Source: Octopus sinensis
Taxonomy: Eukaryota
NCBI RefSeq assembly: GCF_006345805.1
Contig: NW_021836220.1
Span: forward strand, 1-25,156
DNA length: 25,156 nt
Direction: 5' to 3'
In this document: positions 10,888 to 20,157 of the stretch, piece after piece
How the letters are laid out: each line of letters opens with the position of its first letter
How positions within the stretch are numbered: the stretch's first letter is position 1
Translations under genes and position numbers: made by a program
Notes under the pieces: model-generated
Told to the model about the DNA's origin: nothing
Database searches by the model: none
Seen by the model: only the letters and a program-made list of their open reading frames with translations

Positions 10888-10890
<3 letters not shown>
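10554..10890. repeat. Near-perfect 337-bp palindrome (168-bp arms, 1-nt spacer at 10722)
   Basis: Arms compared base by base: 3 mismatches (10743, 10752, 10757 versus 10701, 10692, 10687). Confidence 0.95.
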
Positions 10891-10931
<41 letters not shown>

Positions 10932-11129
10932 ATGTATATAATTAAGAGAAATAACCTCTATTAGTAATTCAATTGATAGTGAAAGATATTATCTATATTA
11001 AATCACATAGAAAAAATTTTAATATATTATAAATAATATTATATATATATATATGTATATGATGCGATGATGACATAACGGCAACAATGACGATAATGAC
11101 AACGATGATGATAACTATGTCTCCCTCTC

Positions 11130-11339
11130 GTGCTTCACCACATCATCTCAGGTCTTCTGGGTCTACTACTTCCACAGGTTCCCTCAACCGCTAGGGTGTG
11201 GCACTTTTTCATACAGTTATCCTCATCCATTCTCGCCACATGACCATTCCAGCGCTGTCATCTCTCTTGCACACCACACCTGATGCTTCTTAGGTCCAAC
11301 TTTTCTCTCAAGGTACTTACACTCTGTTGAGTATACACT
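11130..11339 (-). pseudogene. RTE-clade LINE ORF fragment (C-terminal region)
   Basis: QSVSTLREKLDLRSIRCGVQER*QRWNGHVARMDEDNCMKKCHTLAVEGTCG, homologous to 20948-21394. Confidence 0.8.
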
Positions 11340-11787
11340 CTATATATATATATATATACCTCAACTTATGTTGGTAACTGATTCTAACTCTGATTTAACA
11401 CGAGAAACACATAACACGAAAAAGCATTTAAAAAAATTTATTAGCTTATATCTGTTTAATAAATGGTTTGTGTATACTTTTACATATATTTTATTTGATT
11501 TTGCACTTCAGTATTGGTTTTTAGGTATTTTTTTTTTAATGTTTATGCTTTTAAATAAGTTTACTGTGACTGGCACAAAGTTGGATAAATTGACTGAAGT
11601 TGAAGTATATTTCATTTCATTAATTTCTTAAAAGAACCTGACATCAAAAATGATGTATTTCAAAAATAGTTGAAGCAAGCTTGTAAATGTATACACACAC
11701 ATTACATTACATATAATGAGTTTCCATCCAAAGTACCTTGGATCAAAGAACGGCCTGCTTTGCTTACCTTGGATTGTAGGGCAACCT

Positions 11788-12220
11788 GCTGTGCTTGAGG
11801 AGACCTATTGAGTCAAGTACATCAACATCAAAATAAAATATCAAATGGAAATTGTAGTTGTGCCGGTGGAATGTAAAAAGCATCATCTGAATGTGGACAA
11901 TGCCAGTGGAACATAAAAAGCACCATCCGAATGTGGCTGATGCCAGCGCTGCCTTGACTGGCTTCTGTGCCAGTGGCACATAAAAAGCACCAACTGATCA
12001 TGACCGCTGCCAGCCCCACCTGGCACCTGTGCCGGTGGCATGTGAAAAGCACCCATTACACTCAAGGAATGGTTGGCGTTAGGAAGGGCATCCAGTTGTA
12101 GAAACACTGCCAGATCAGACTGGAGCCTGGTGCAGCCTCCTGTCTTCCCAGACCCTGGTCGAACTGTCCAACCCATGCTAGCATGGAAAACGGATGTTAA
12201 ACGATGATGAGGATGATGAT
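11788..12220 (+). mobile_element. Family R (RTE 3' region) with internal subrepeats
   Basis: Four copies of the GCCRGTGG..AAAAAGCA motif, then the R tail and (GAT)n. Confidence 0.75.
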
Positions 12221-12447
12221 ATTGTCCAGGCGGATGCCATGCTTGGCTCTCAGTTCAGTTCCAGATGCTGGCTAGCACAACGGTCGATATCCTATGCCCT
12301 TGCTTACATAAATTTTCTCATTGGGTAATTCCGTGTGTCCTACTCAGGTCTGCAAAGGTTCTGTAGAATGTAAAATAACAAAAACGAAGAGAATGGAGAT
12401 TTGCACATCAATAATTTATTTTACAATTATTTATAGCATATTGCCTT

Positions 12448-12531
12448 GACCTACATATGTTTCCACTGCAGTAACTGCATGCTGCTGCAGATGCAACCTT
12501 GCCATGCTGTCAGTGCAGTTTCATCAGGGTC
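12448..12531 (-). ncRNA. Type I hammerhead ribozyme motif with intact core
   Basis: GACC CTGATGA A ACTGCA (long loop) TGCAGT G GAAA C ATAT G TA GGTC; palindromic CATATG in stem III; GUA cleavage triplet. Confidence 0.75.
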
Positions 12532-12967
12532 TGTAACTTAGGTTTGCCTCGAATTAAACTGGATGAAGAAAATGCTTGTTGTTTAGTGTTCAGTGGAAGG
12601 TAAGGGTGTTGCTATTAATAGGAACTTGACTTAGAGTTCACCCCTGCCATAGTCGTTGGTGGAGCATGGTTTTAAGTTGGTCAAGGTTGGAGTTCTTGGT
12701 TTTGCAGTCTTCTTCGTATTTCCTGATAGTTCTGTGTGCTACCTGTTGTATTGAGTACATTCTCTACGTAGAAGTATTTTGTTAGCATTCATTCAATTTT
12801 GGCTGTTCCTTTATTAGTATCGTGTATTGCGTTATGTTTTCATTTAAACTGTCCAAACATCCATTTTCATGCATGAAGACACCTCAATGCACATTCTTGT
12901 CTTGTGTTTACTAATGTGTATTTTAAAGTGAAAATTTGGTGTTCTTTCAAGCATAAGTCACATCTCT

Positions 12968-13184
12968 TTCCTCCTATTTTATAAGGCTTAGCTTTCCCCC
13001 TATTCTATATGGCTTAGCTTTTCCACTTTTCTCCTATTCTATAAGGCTTAGCTTTCCCCCTATTCTATATGGCTTAGCTTTTTCCATTTTCTATAAGGCT
13101 TAGCTTTCCTCCTATTCTGTAAAGCTTAGCTTTCTTTCTTTTCTATAAGGCTTAGCTTTCCCCCTATTCTATAAGGCTTAGCTT
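12968..13184. repeat. 26-bp minisatellite (ATAAGGCTTAGCTTTCCCCCTATTCT), ~8 copies
   Basis: GCTTAGCT anchors at 12986, 13012, 13046, 13072, 13098, 13124, 13150 and 13176. Confidence 0.9.
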
Positions 13185-13694
13185 ACTACTGAATTCTATC
13201 CCACTACTTAATTCCAGATCTGAAAGTTTTAGCAAATGCATGCACATGGACAAGTTTCTTTTGTCTGGAGGACACCATTTGCTCCAGATCAAATAATTAT
13301 CTCACAGACTTTGGCCTCCTTTCTCTGATAGTATTCTGCAGCATCTACATTAATTATAGTTTTAAAGTGAAAAGGGATGAAAACCTTGGTTTTCTTACTT
13401 ATCCTTTCTTTCTCCTTCTTCTTCTTTTAGCATCAATTCTAATGCTTTTCACTAATGAAAGATAGTAAATATGATAAAATGTCTCCATTATTAAATTTTC
13501 TAAAATATTTGGTTATAACAAGGCCAACTAGCCTTATAAAACATGCTAAAAAAATGTAAAGTACAAACAAAACATTGGACCCCGTAAGCCACATCACAGA
13601 TTCCCTATCTCAGGAGAGCATCACTTTGAAAAAGAACTGATGCAGGGTAGAGCGGGGTGCTTTGGTCCTCCCACAAGGAATGATCTCTCTCTAC

Positions 13695-14110
13695 TGGCAG
13701 CTGGCAGAAACGTTAGCACGCCGGGCGAAATGCTTATCTGTATTTCGTCTGCCGTTATGTTCTGAGTTCAAATTCCACCGAAGTCGACTTTGCCTTTCAT
13801 CCTTTCGGGCTCGATAAATTAAGTACCACTTATGCACTGGGGTCGATGTAATCGACTTAATCCGTTCGTCTGTCATTGTTTGTCCCCTCTGTGTTTAGCC
13901 CCTTGTGGGTAGTAAAGAAATAGGTATTACGTCTACTGTTACGTTCTGAGTTCAAATTCCGCCAAGGTCGACTTTGCCTTTCATCCTTTTGGGGTCGATA
14001 AATTAAGTACCAGTTACGCACTGGGGTTGATGTAATCGACTTAATCCGTTTGTCTGTCCTTGTTCGTCCCCTCTGTGTTTAGCCCCTTGTGGGTAGTAAA
14101 GAAATAGGTA
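13695..14110 (+). mobile_element. SINE family A head-to-tail dimer (184-bp period)
   Basis: GTATT at 13740 and 13924 begins two near-identical units; the second lacks the tRNA-like 5' end. Confidence 0.85.
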
Positions 14111-14186
14111 TAATATATCTTGTCCCCTGTGTAAAACAAACAAACAAAGGAGCTGGTTGGTTTTCTTTACAGCAGTTTTGTTTGGC

Positions 14187-14302
14187 TATGTCTTTCAGTC
14201 TATGTCTGTAGCTTTCTCGATGAGTTCTTGCTGACTAATCAATCAATCAATCTATCAATCAATCAATCAATCTAGCCAGATACGTTAATTAGCTATGAGT
14301 AT
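14187..14302 (+). repeat. Copy 1 of an inverted duplication (partner 16270-16369)
   Basis: Same sequence apart from about 4 substitutions and (AATC)n length. Confidence 0.85.
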
Positions 14303-14759
14303 ATATTTACTGCCATATTAAAGAGATAGTGTGGAAGAGATAGTAGGAGGCTAACAAGCAACAAACAAAAAATAAGTGAGTGTTAGTAAAAGAAGTAAAA
14401 TGAAAGTAATGGAAAGTGACAGGAAGAAAAAAAGGAGTTTATTACACTGCATTGATTAGTGATCAGAGAATGAGTCAATGGGGGTGAGACGGATTTAAAA
14501 CGAGAGTAAAGTAAGTGGTTTTGCATCATGTTAGCTTAAGCAGGAAGAGAAACAAGATCGAATGTCGCTGTTGTTGATGATGACGATGACGATGATTGTT
14601 ATAAAATCAAAAATCTCTCACATCAAAGCTTTATTAGACTCATAACGTATTCAACAAACAACATACCTGAGTCAACAGAAACAATCTGTTGATTCAGGTG
14701 TGCTCGTAATAACAAATGAAATATTAAGAAAGAGTATAACAATGACGATTATGATGATG

Positions 14760-14878
14760 ACCATCGTTTTAATGTCTACTTTCCATGCTTGCAATGGGTC
14801 AGGTGAACTTTGTTGAGGCAGATTTTCCATAGCTTGATGCCCTTCCTGTTACCACTTGTTTGCAAGCAGGGTAATATA
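14760..14878 (-). mobile_element. R-variant repeat, relative of the second half of the 135-bp array unit
   Basis: Minus ATATTACCCTGC..AGGAAGGGCATC.AGC.AT.GAAA.TCTGC.TCAAC matches 9520-9590. Confidence 0.6.
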
Positions 14879-14942
14879 TATATATTATATATTATATATT
14901 ATATATTATATATTATATATAATATATATATATATTATATAA

Positions 14943-14987
<45 letters not shown>

Positions 14988-15000
14988 TATATATATAAAT

Positions 15001-15262
15001 TAAATTAGACATAAAACCACTATTAGGCAAATCAAACAGTGAAAAACATAAACCAAAACATAAAAATAAAAATAATTAATATAATATACAAAATATATAA
15101 AAAATATAAAATTAAAAAATTTAAATTATTTAAATTTAAAATTATTAATTCATATTTATAAATTTTTATATTTCTAAAAATATTTTTTAAATTAATAAAT
15201 TTTTAAATTTTTAAACTTTTTACTTATTATCTTATATTAAACTTTTTAATACTTTTTGATAT

Positions 15263-15268
<6 letters not shown>
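15001..15268 (-). repeat. Very AT-rich element, copy 1 (direct partner 17091-17356)
   Basis: Aligns end to end with the partner; shares the AAATTAGA.ATAAAACCACTATTA terminus with the 10554 palindrome arms; embedded in (TA)n. Confidence 0.8.
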
Positions 15269-15300
<32 letters not shown>

Positions 15301-15302
15301 AT

Positions 15303-16186
15303 ATGAATACACAAATAGTGAGCGGTGTTCCACAGGGCACTGTCTTGGGACCACTGCTTTTTATAGTGGCCCTCTCAGATATGCCCTCATATGCCCAGAT
15401 AGCCACTCTGGCCAGCTATGCAGACGATACGAAAGTCTCGCAGAGAATACAGAACACCAGCGATGTTGCACACCTGCAGCAGGAGTTGGACTCAATCTAC
15501 AGATGGGCTGAGGATAATAATATGCAGTTTAATGCTGAAAAATTCCAGGCCCTGCGCTACCAGCATCCAAAACTGAATATTAAACTTACAGGATACACCG
15601 GTCCACAGGCAATTTCAATCCCAGAGCCTAAGTCTGTGAGGGACCTGGGTATCGACATGAGTGATGATACCTCTTTCCAAGTGCACATTACCAGGATGGC
15701 GACAAAGTGCAGACGACTGGCTGGGTGGATCCTAAGAACATTCAGAACCAGAGATAAGGAAACCATGATGGTCCTCTGGTGGACATCCATCCTCAGTTGC
15801 CTGGATTACTGCTCACAGCTATGGTCACCCACCAGTGTAAAATTAACAGCAGACCTTGAAGCAATCCAGAGAAGATTCACAAAGAAGATCATCTCTTTGC
15901 AACAGCTCAGCTACTGGGAAAGGTTGAAACAGCTAAGACTCTACTCCCTAGAGAGAAGACGGGAGAGGTATGCAGTAATATATGTCTGGTTTTTAAATCA
16001 AAGCTGGACATCTTCCTATCAAGAGTCCCAGATGAACCTACCTAACGGCAAGAGGTGCAAATGAGAGTAGCTACATCAAACTCCATTCTTCACCAAGTGC
16101 CACATATTAGACGAGGTTCGTCGTAATAACAGTGTAGCACAAAACAGCGGTGCATCAGCATGGCTGCAGCTCTGAGCTGTAACTAG

Positions 16187-16204
<18 letters not shown>
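15303..16204 (+). pseudogene. 5'-truncated CR1/L2-group LINE: RT C-terminal half, internal deletion, 3' UTR and poly(A)
   Basis: SGVPQGTVLGPLLF and YADDTK RT motifs, then DYCSQLWSP and LERRRERY; frame change near 15989/15990 into FKSKLDIFLSRVPDEPT; A-run 16187-16204. The ATG comes from the (TA)n junction. Confidence 0.92.
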
Positions 16205-16248
<44 letters not shown>

Positions 16249-16269
16249 CTTATATATATATATAAATGA

Positions 16270-16369
16270 ATACTCATAGCTAATTAACGTATCTGGCTAG
16301 ATTGATTGATTGATTGATTAGTCAGCAAGAACTCACTGAAAAAGCTACAGACATACACTGAAAGACATA
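16270..16369 (-). repeat. Copy 2 of the inverted duplication
   Basis: Reverse complement of 14187-14302. Confidence 0.85.
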
Positions 16370-16384
16370 TATATATTATATATA

Positions 16385-16691
16385 TCACCGTGACCGTGAC
16401 CGACCAGGCTATCAGATGTTGCTACACATCGCCGGTCACAATGCGCTTTGAATTGCTTTAGCCTTCAAATGACGCCACCCCACTGGCTAAGCAAGCAGGC
16501 CAACAGAAGAAAGAGCGAGAGAAAGTTGTGGTGAAAAAGTACAGCAGGTATCACCACCCCCTGGCGGAGCCTCGTGGAGCTTTTAGGTGTTTTCGCTCAA
16601 TAAACACTCACAATGCCCGGTCTGGGGATCAAAACTACAATCCTACGACCGCGAGTCCACTGCCCTAACCACTGGGCCATTGTGCCTCCAC
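16385..16691 (-). mobile_element. SINE family B (tail X), full length
   Basis: Homologous to 1597-1872. Confidence 0.85.
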
Positions 16692-16693
16692 AT

Positions 16694-16762
<69 letters not shown>

Positions 16763-16767
16763 TATAT

Positions 16768-16832
<65 letters not shown>

Positions 16833-16833
<1 letters not shown>

Positions 16834-17067
16834 TGGTGAAAACGGTAAGATAACAAAAGAAAGAAAGGGACCTCAATATTATGTAAATAGAGGAAATTTA
16901 TCTATAAATTAATATGTTACAATTACTCAATAGTCAAGATAAAACTCTGAGTTTCAGATGTTGAAGTGAAAATCCACAACACCAGATAACCGAAGAGATG
17001 GTTTTTGTGGATTTCCACTTCAGCATCTGAAACTCAGAGTTTTATCTTGACTATTGAGTAATTGTAA
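16833..17067. mobile_element. Fold-back hammerhead-bearing element (family H3)
   Basis: 63-bp arms 16917-16979 and 17005-17067 (2 mismatches), 25-nt spacer; (TA)n on both sides. Confidence 0.75.
16984..17047 (+). ncRNA. Type I hammerhead-like motif (U4>C, extra U before GAAA)
   Basis: AGATAA CCGAAGA GATG..GTGG attt CCAC..CATC T GAAA CTCAGAG TT TTATCT: 6-bp stem I. Confidence 0.6.
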
Positions 17068-17090
17068 TATATATATATATATATATGAAT

Positions 17091-17356
17091 TAAATTAGAG
17101 ATAAAACCACTATTATGCAAATGAAACAGTGAAAAACATAAACTAAAACATTAAAATAAAAATATTTAATATAATATACAAAATATATAAAAAATATAAA
17201 ATTAAAAAATTTAAATTATTTAAATTTAAAATTATTAATTCATATTCATAAATTTTTATATTTTAAAAAATATTTTTAAAATTTATATTAATAAATTTTT
17301 AAACTTTTTACTTATCATCTTATATTAAACTTTTTAATACTTTTTGATATTATATA
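17091..17356 (-). repeat. Very AT-rich element, copy 2
   Basis: Direct repeat of 15001-15268. Confidence 0.8.
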
Positions 17357-17380
17357 TATTATATATATATATATAAATAC

Positions 17381-17778
17381 TCTCTTTTACTCTTTTACTC
17401 TTTTACTTGTTTCAGTCATTTTTGACTGCAGCCATGCTGGAACACTGCTTTTAATCGAGCAACTCGACCCCGGGACTTATTCTTTTGTAAGCCCAGTACT
17501 TATTCTATCGATCTCTTTTGCCGAACCGCTAAATAACGGGGACATAGACACACCAGCATCGGTTGTCAAGCAATGCTAGGGGGACAAACACACACACGCA
17601 TATATACATATATACGACGGGCTTCTTTCAGTTTTCCGTCTACCAAATCCACTCACAAGGCTTTGGTTGGCCCGAGGCTATAGTAGAAGACACTTGCCCA
17701 AGGTGCCACTCAGTGGGACTGAACCTTGAACCATGTGGTTGGTTAGCAAGCTACTTACCACACAGCCACTCCTGCGCC
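17381..17778 (-). mobile_element. SINE family C, full length, (TAAAAGAG)n tail
   Basis: tRNA-like head GGCGCAGGAGTGGCTGTGTGGTAAG; homologous to 20526-20932. Confidence 0.85.
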
Positions 17779-17794
17779 TTATATATATATATAA

Positions 17795-18190
17795 TCATCA
17801 TCATCATCATCATCATTTAATGCCCGTTGTCCAGGCTGGCATGGGTTGGACAGTTTGACCACGCTGGCATGCTAGAAGGCTACACCAGACCCCAGTCTCA
17901 TTTGGCATGATTTTTTTATGGCTGGATGCCCTTCTTAACACCTTCCAGTCCAAGACTGTAATGGGTGCTTTTATGTGCCATTTGCATGACACAGGGGTGC
18001 CTTTATGTTCCACTGGCACAGGTGCCAATTTGCAAGACACCAGTATCTACCACAACTGCAATTCTGCTCGGCTTGATAGGTCTTCTTCTCAAGCACGACA
18101 TAATGCCAAAGGTCTTGGTCCTTGCCTCCACGAGGCCCAACACTTGGAAAGATCACAGCCACTTTGCCTCCAGAGATGAACACCATTCCT
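17795..18190 (-). mobile_element. Family R, long diverged copy
   Basis: GCTGGATGCCCTTC motif and (CAT)n; homologous to 19820-20150 and 23101-23356. Confidence 0.7.
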
Positions 18191-18331
18191 CCATCTGATT
18201 GGCTGGAAAAATTGTTAAGATATTAAGATATTTTTATCTAATGGTAGCCTTAATGAACAAAGAAAGAAATTTTATTCACCAATGCAGTGTTGAGCACTCA
18301 TTCTTGTTCTTCAGCATTTACAGACACACAC

Positions 18332-18649
18332 ACTGGCTTCCGTGTCGGTGGCACGTAAAAAGCACCATCCGAATCGTAGCCGAAGCCAGTGCCGCCTCGA
18401 CTGGCTTCCATAAAATGCACCAATCCGACCGTGGCCGATGCCAGCCTCGCCTGGCACCAGTGCAGGTGGCACGTAAAAAGCACCCACTAGACTCATGGAG
18501 TGGTTGGCGTTAGGAAGGGCATCCAGCTGTAGAAACGTTGCCAGATAAGACCGGAGCCTGGTGCAGCCTTCTGGCTTCCCAGATCCCCGGTCGAACCGTC
18601 CAACTCATGCTAGCATGGAGAACGGACGTTAAACGATGATGATGATGAT

Positions 18650-18650
<1 letters not shown>
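18332..18650 (+). mobile_element. Family R, well-preserved copy
   Basis: GGTGGCACGTAAAAAGCACC subrepeats, R tail and (GAT)n. Confidence 0.8.
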
Positions 18651-18687
<37 letters not shown>

Positions 18688-18744
18688 TAGGAAGTTAATT
18701 ATATGGCAGGTTATAGAGTGACTAATGGTTTCACATCCAAGCCC

Positions 18745-18959
18745 AGCCTTATAGACAGCTTGTCAGACTGCAATCAATGGCTGTGGGCGTTATAACAGCT
18801 TTTGAAAATGGAGATAGAAAAATGTTATGGTCAGTTAATTTTGTAAACAAAGATATATATTGTCTGAAAATTAAGTGATCATGATGCTTCCCTAATTCCA
18901 TTTTGAAAAGAGGCTATATGCCCATGGCCATTGGAGTCCGACGAGCTGTCTGTAAGGCT
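18745..18959. mobile_element. Old MITE-like element with ~65-bp imperfect inverted termini
   Basis: 18745-18812 aligns to the reverse complement of 18897-18959; no clear TSD. Confidence 0.55.
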
Positions 18960-19106
18960 AGGGACAGTGTGGTTTGTTTTCGGATATATGATCTACTGAC
19001 GATATGTGTGCGTGTGTATGTGTGTGTGTGTGTATGTGTGTGTGTGTGTGTGAGTGTGTGTGCATGTATGTATATATGTGTGTGTATGTAAGAATATATG
19101 TGTGTG

Positions 19107-19137
<31 letters not shown>

Positions 19138-19205
19138 GTATATATATGTATATATATATATATGTATGTATGTATATATATGTATATATATATATATATA
19201 TATAA

Positions 19206-19400
19206 AGTTAATCCAAACATGAAAACACAACAATGCGAGGATGTGGAACAAATATAGTGTTCTTGGACGTTCAGGAAAGGAAAGAAAGAAGGAGGATTTA
19301 ACGTTTCGAGCAGAGCTCTTCGTCAGAAACATAGGAAAAGGAAAGATCCAAGGAAGGGAAGACAGAGGAAAAAAATCGCCAACGGTACACATGCGGTCAC
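19206..19400 (-). mobile_element. Short hammerhead-bearing element, family H1
   Basis: Reverse-complement homologue of 20158-20370; ends in (TA)n. Confidence 0.7.
19296..19330 (-). ncRNA. Minimal type I hammerhead with canonical core
   Basis: GTTT CTGACGA A GAGC tct GCTC GAAA C GTT AAAT; loopless palindromic stem III (AACGTT). Confidence 0.7.
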
Positions 19401-19403
19401 ATG

Positions 19404-19475
<72 letters not shown>

Positions 19476-19481
19476 ATATAA

Positions 19482-19581
19482 GTCCCGGGGTCGATTTGCT
19501 CGACTAAAGGCGGTGCTCCAGCATGGCTGCAGTCAAATGACTGAAACAAGTAAAAGAGTAAAAGAGTAAAAGAGTAAAAGA

Positions 19582-19583
<2 letters not shown>
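19482..19583 (+). mobile_element. SINE family C 3' end
   Basis: AGTCCCGGGGTCGAT..GGCGGTGCTCCAGCATGGCTGCAGTCAAATGACTG followed by (TAAAAGAG)4. Confidence 0.8.
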
Positions 19584-19613
<30 letters not shown>

Positions 19614-19619
<6 letters not shown>

Positions 19620-19810
19620 GGAAGGTTTATGAAAATAAACAAAAGACGAAGGCAGGTGGAGTACAAACAAACAAATGTATTAGTATAGCGCTCAGGAATA
19701 GAAATAGAAAAAGTCTTTTATGTTTCGAGCCTACGCTCGTCGACAGAAAGATACACAGAAAAAAACAAGGAGAGACAAAATGCTTGTAGGAGCTAACGAT
19801 CTATCATGGC
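19614..19810 (-). mobile_element. Family H2 element, second copy
   Basis: Homologous to 8206-8385; ends in (TA)n. Confidence 0.6.
19714..19751 (-). ncRNA. Minimal hammerhead motif (CUGUCGA core, G16.2>A)
   Basis: TCTTT CTGTCGA C GAGC gtag GCTC GAAA C ATA AAAGA. Confidence 0.6.
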
Positions 19811-19819
19811 ATAATATTT

Positions 19820-20150
19820 AGGTACCAGAGCTGGCAAGCTGTTAGGCTGCACCAAACTCCAGTGTGATTTGGCATGTTTTCTACAGCTGCATGCCCTTCC
19901 TAATGCTAACCACTCAGAGAGTATAATGGGTGCTTTTACATGCCACCTGCATGGGTGCCATTTGCATGACATGGGTATCTGCCATGACTGCAATTCTGCT
20001 CAGCTTGAAGGGTCTTCTTCTCAATCATGACATAATACCATGAGGCCCAACACTTGGAAGGAGCTTTTCATGAGTCACCGGCATTGGACACTTTGCCTCT
20101 GTGAGGCCCAATGCTCAAAAGGTGCTTTTTATGTGCCACCAGCATCGGTG
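19820..20150 (-). mobile_element. Family R, diverged copy
   Basis: CTACAGCTGCATGCCCTTCCTAATGC..GGGTGCTTTTAC. Confidence 0.7.
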
Positions 20151-20157
20151 CCAGTTA

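Larger units (their letters stand above)
12363..13230 (-). mobile_element. 3' remnant of a Penelope-like element (GIY-YIG C-terminus, 3' UTR, hammerhead)
   Basis: Minus 12995-12840 reads KAKPYKIGGKRCDLCLKEHQIFTLKYTLVNTRQECALRCLHA*KWMFGQFK*, matching the CxLCLxE..NxRxE..CxH tail I recall from Penelope-like endonucleases; hammerhead about 310 nt downstream. Confidence 0.75.

Noticed and set aside
11368-11631. 87-aa hydrophobic ORF
   Set aside because: AT-rich F/L/I bias with no recognisable motif or splice support.
12308-12360. Coding exon with strong acceptor and donor
   Set aside because: Stops in all three frames; the pyrimidine tract is probably the PLE tail.
15303-16064. Intact 253-aa RT gene or active LINE
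   Set aside because: Lacks the N-terminal RT motifs and endonuclease, has an internal deletion with a frame change, and the start codon is from flanking microsatellite.
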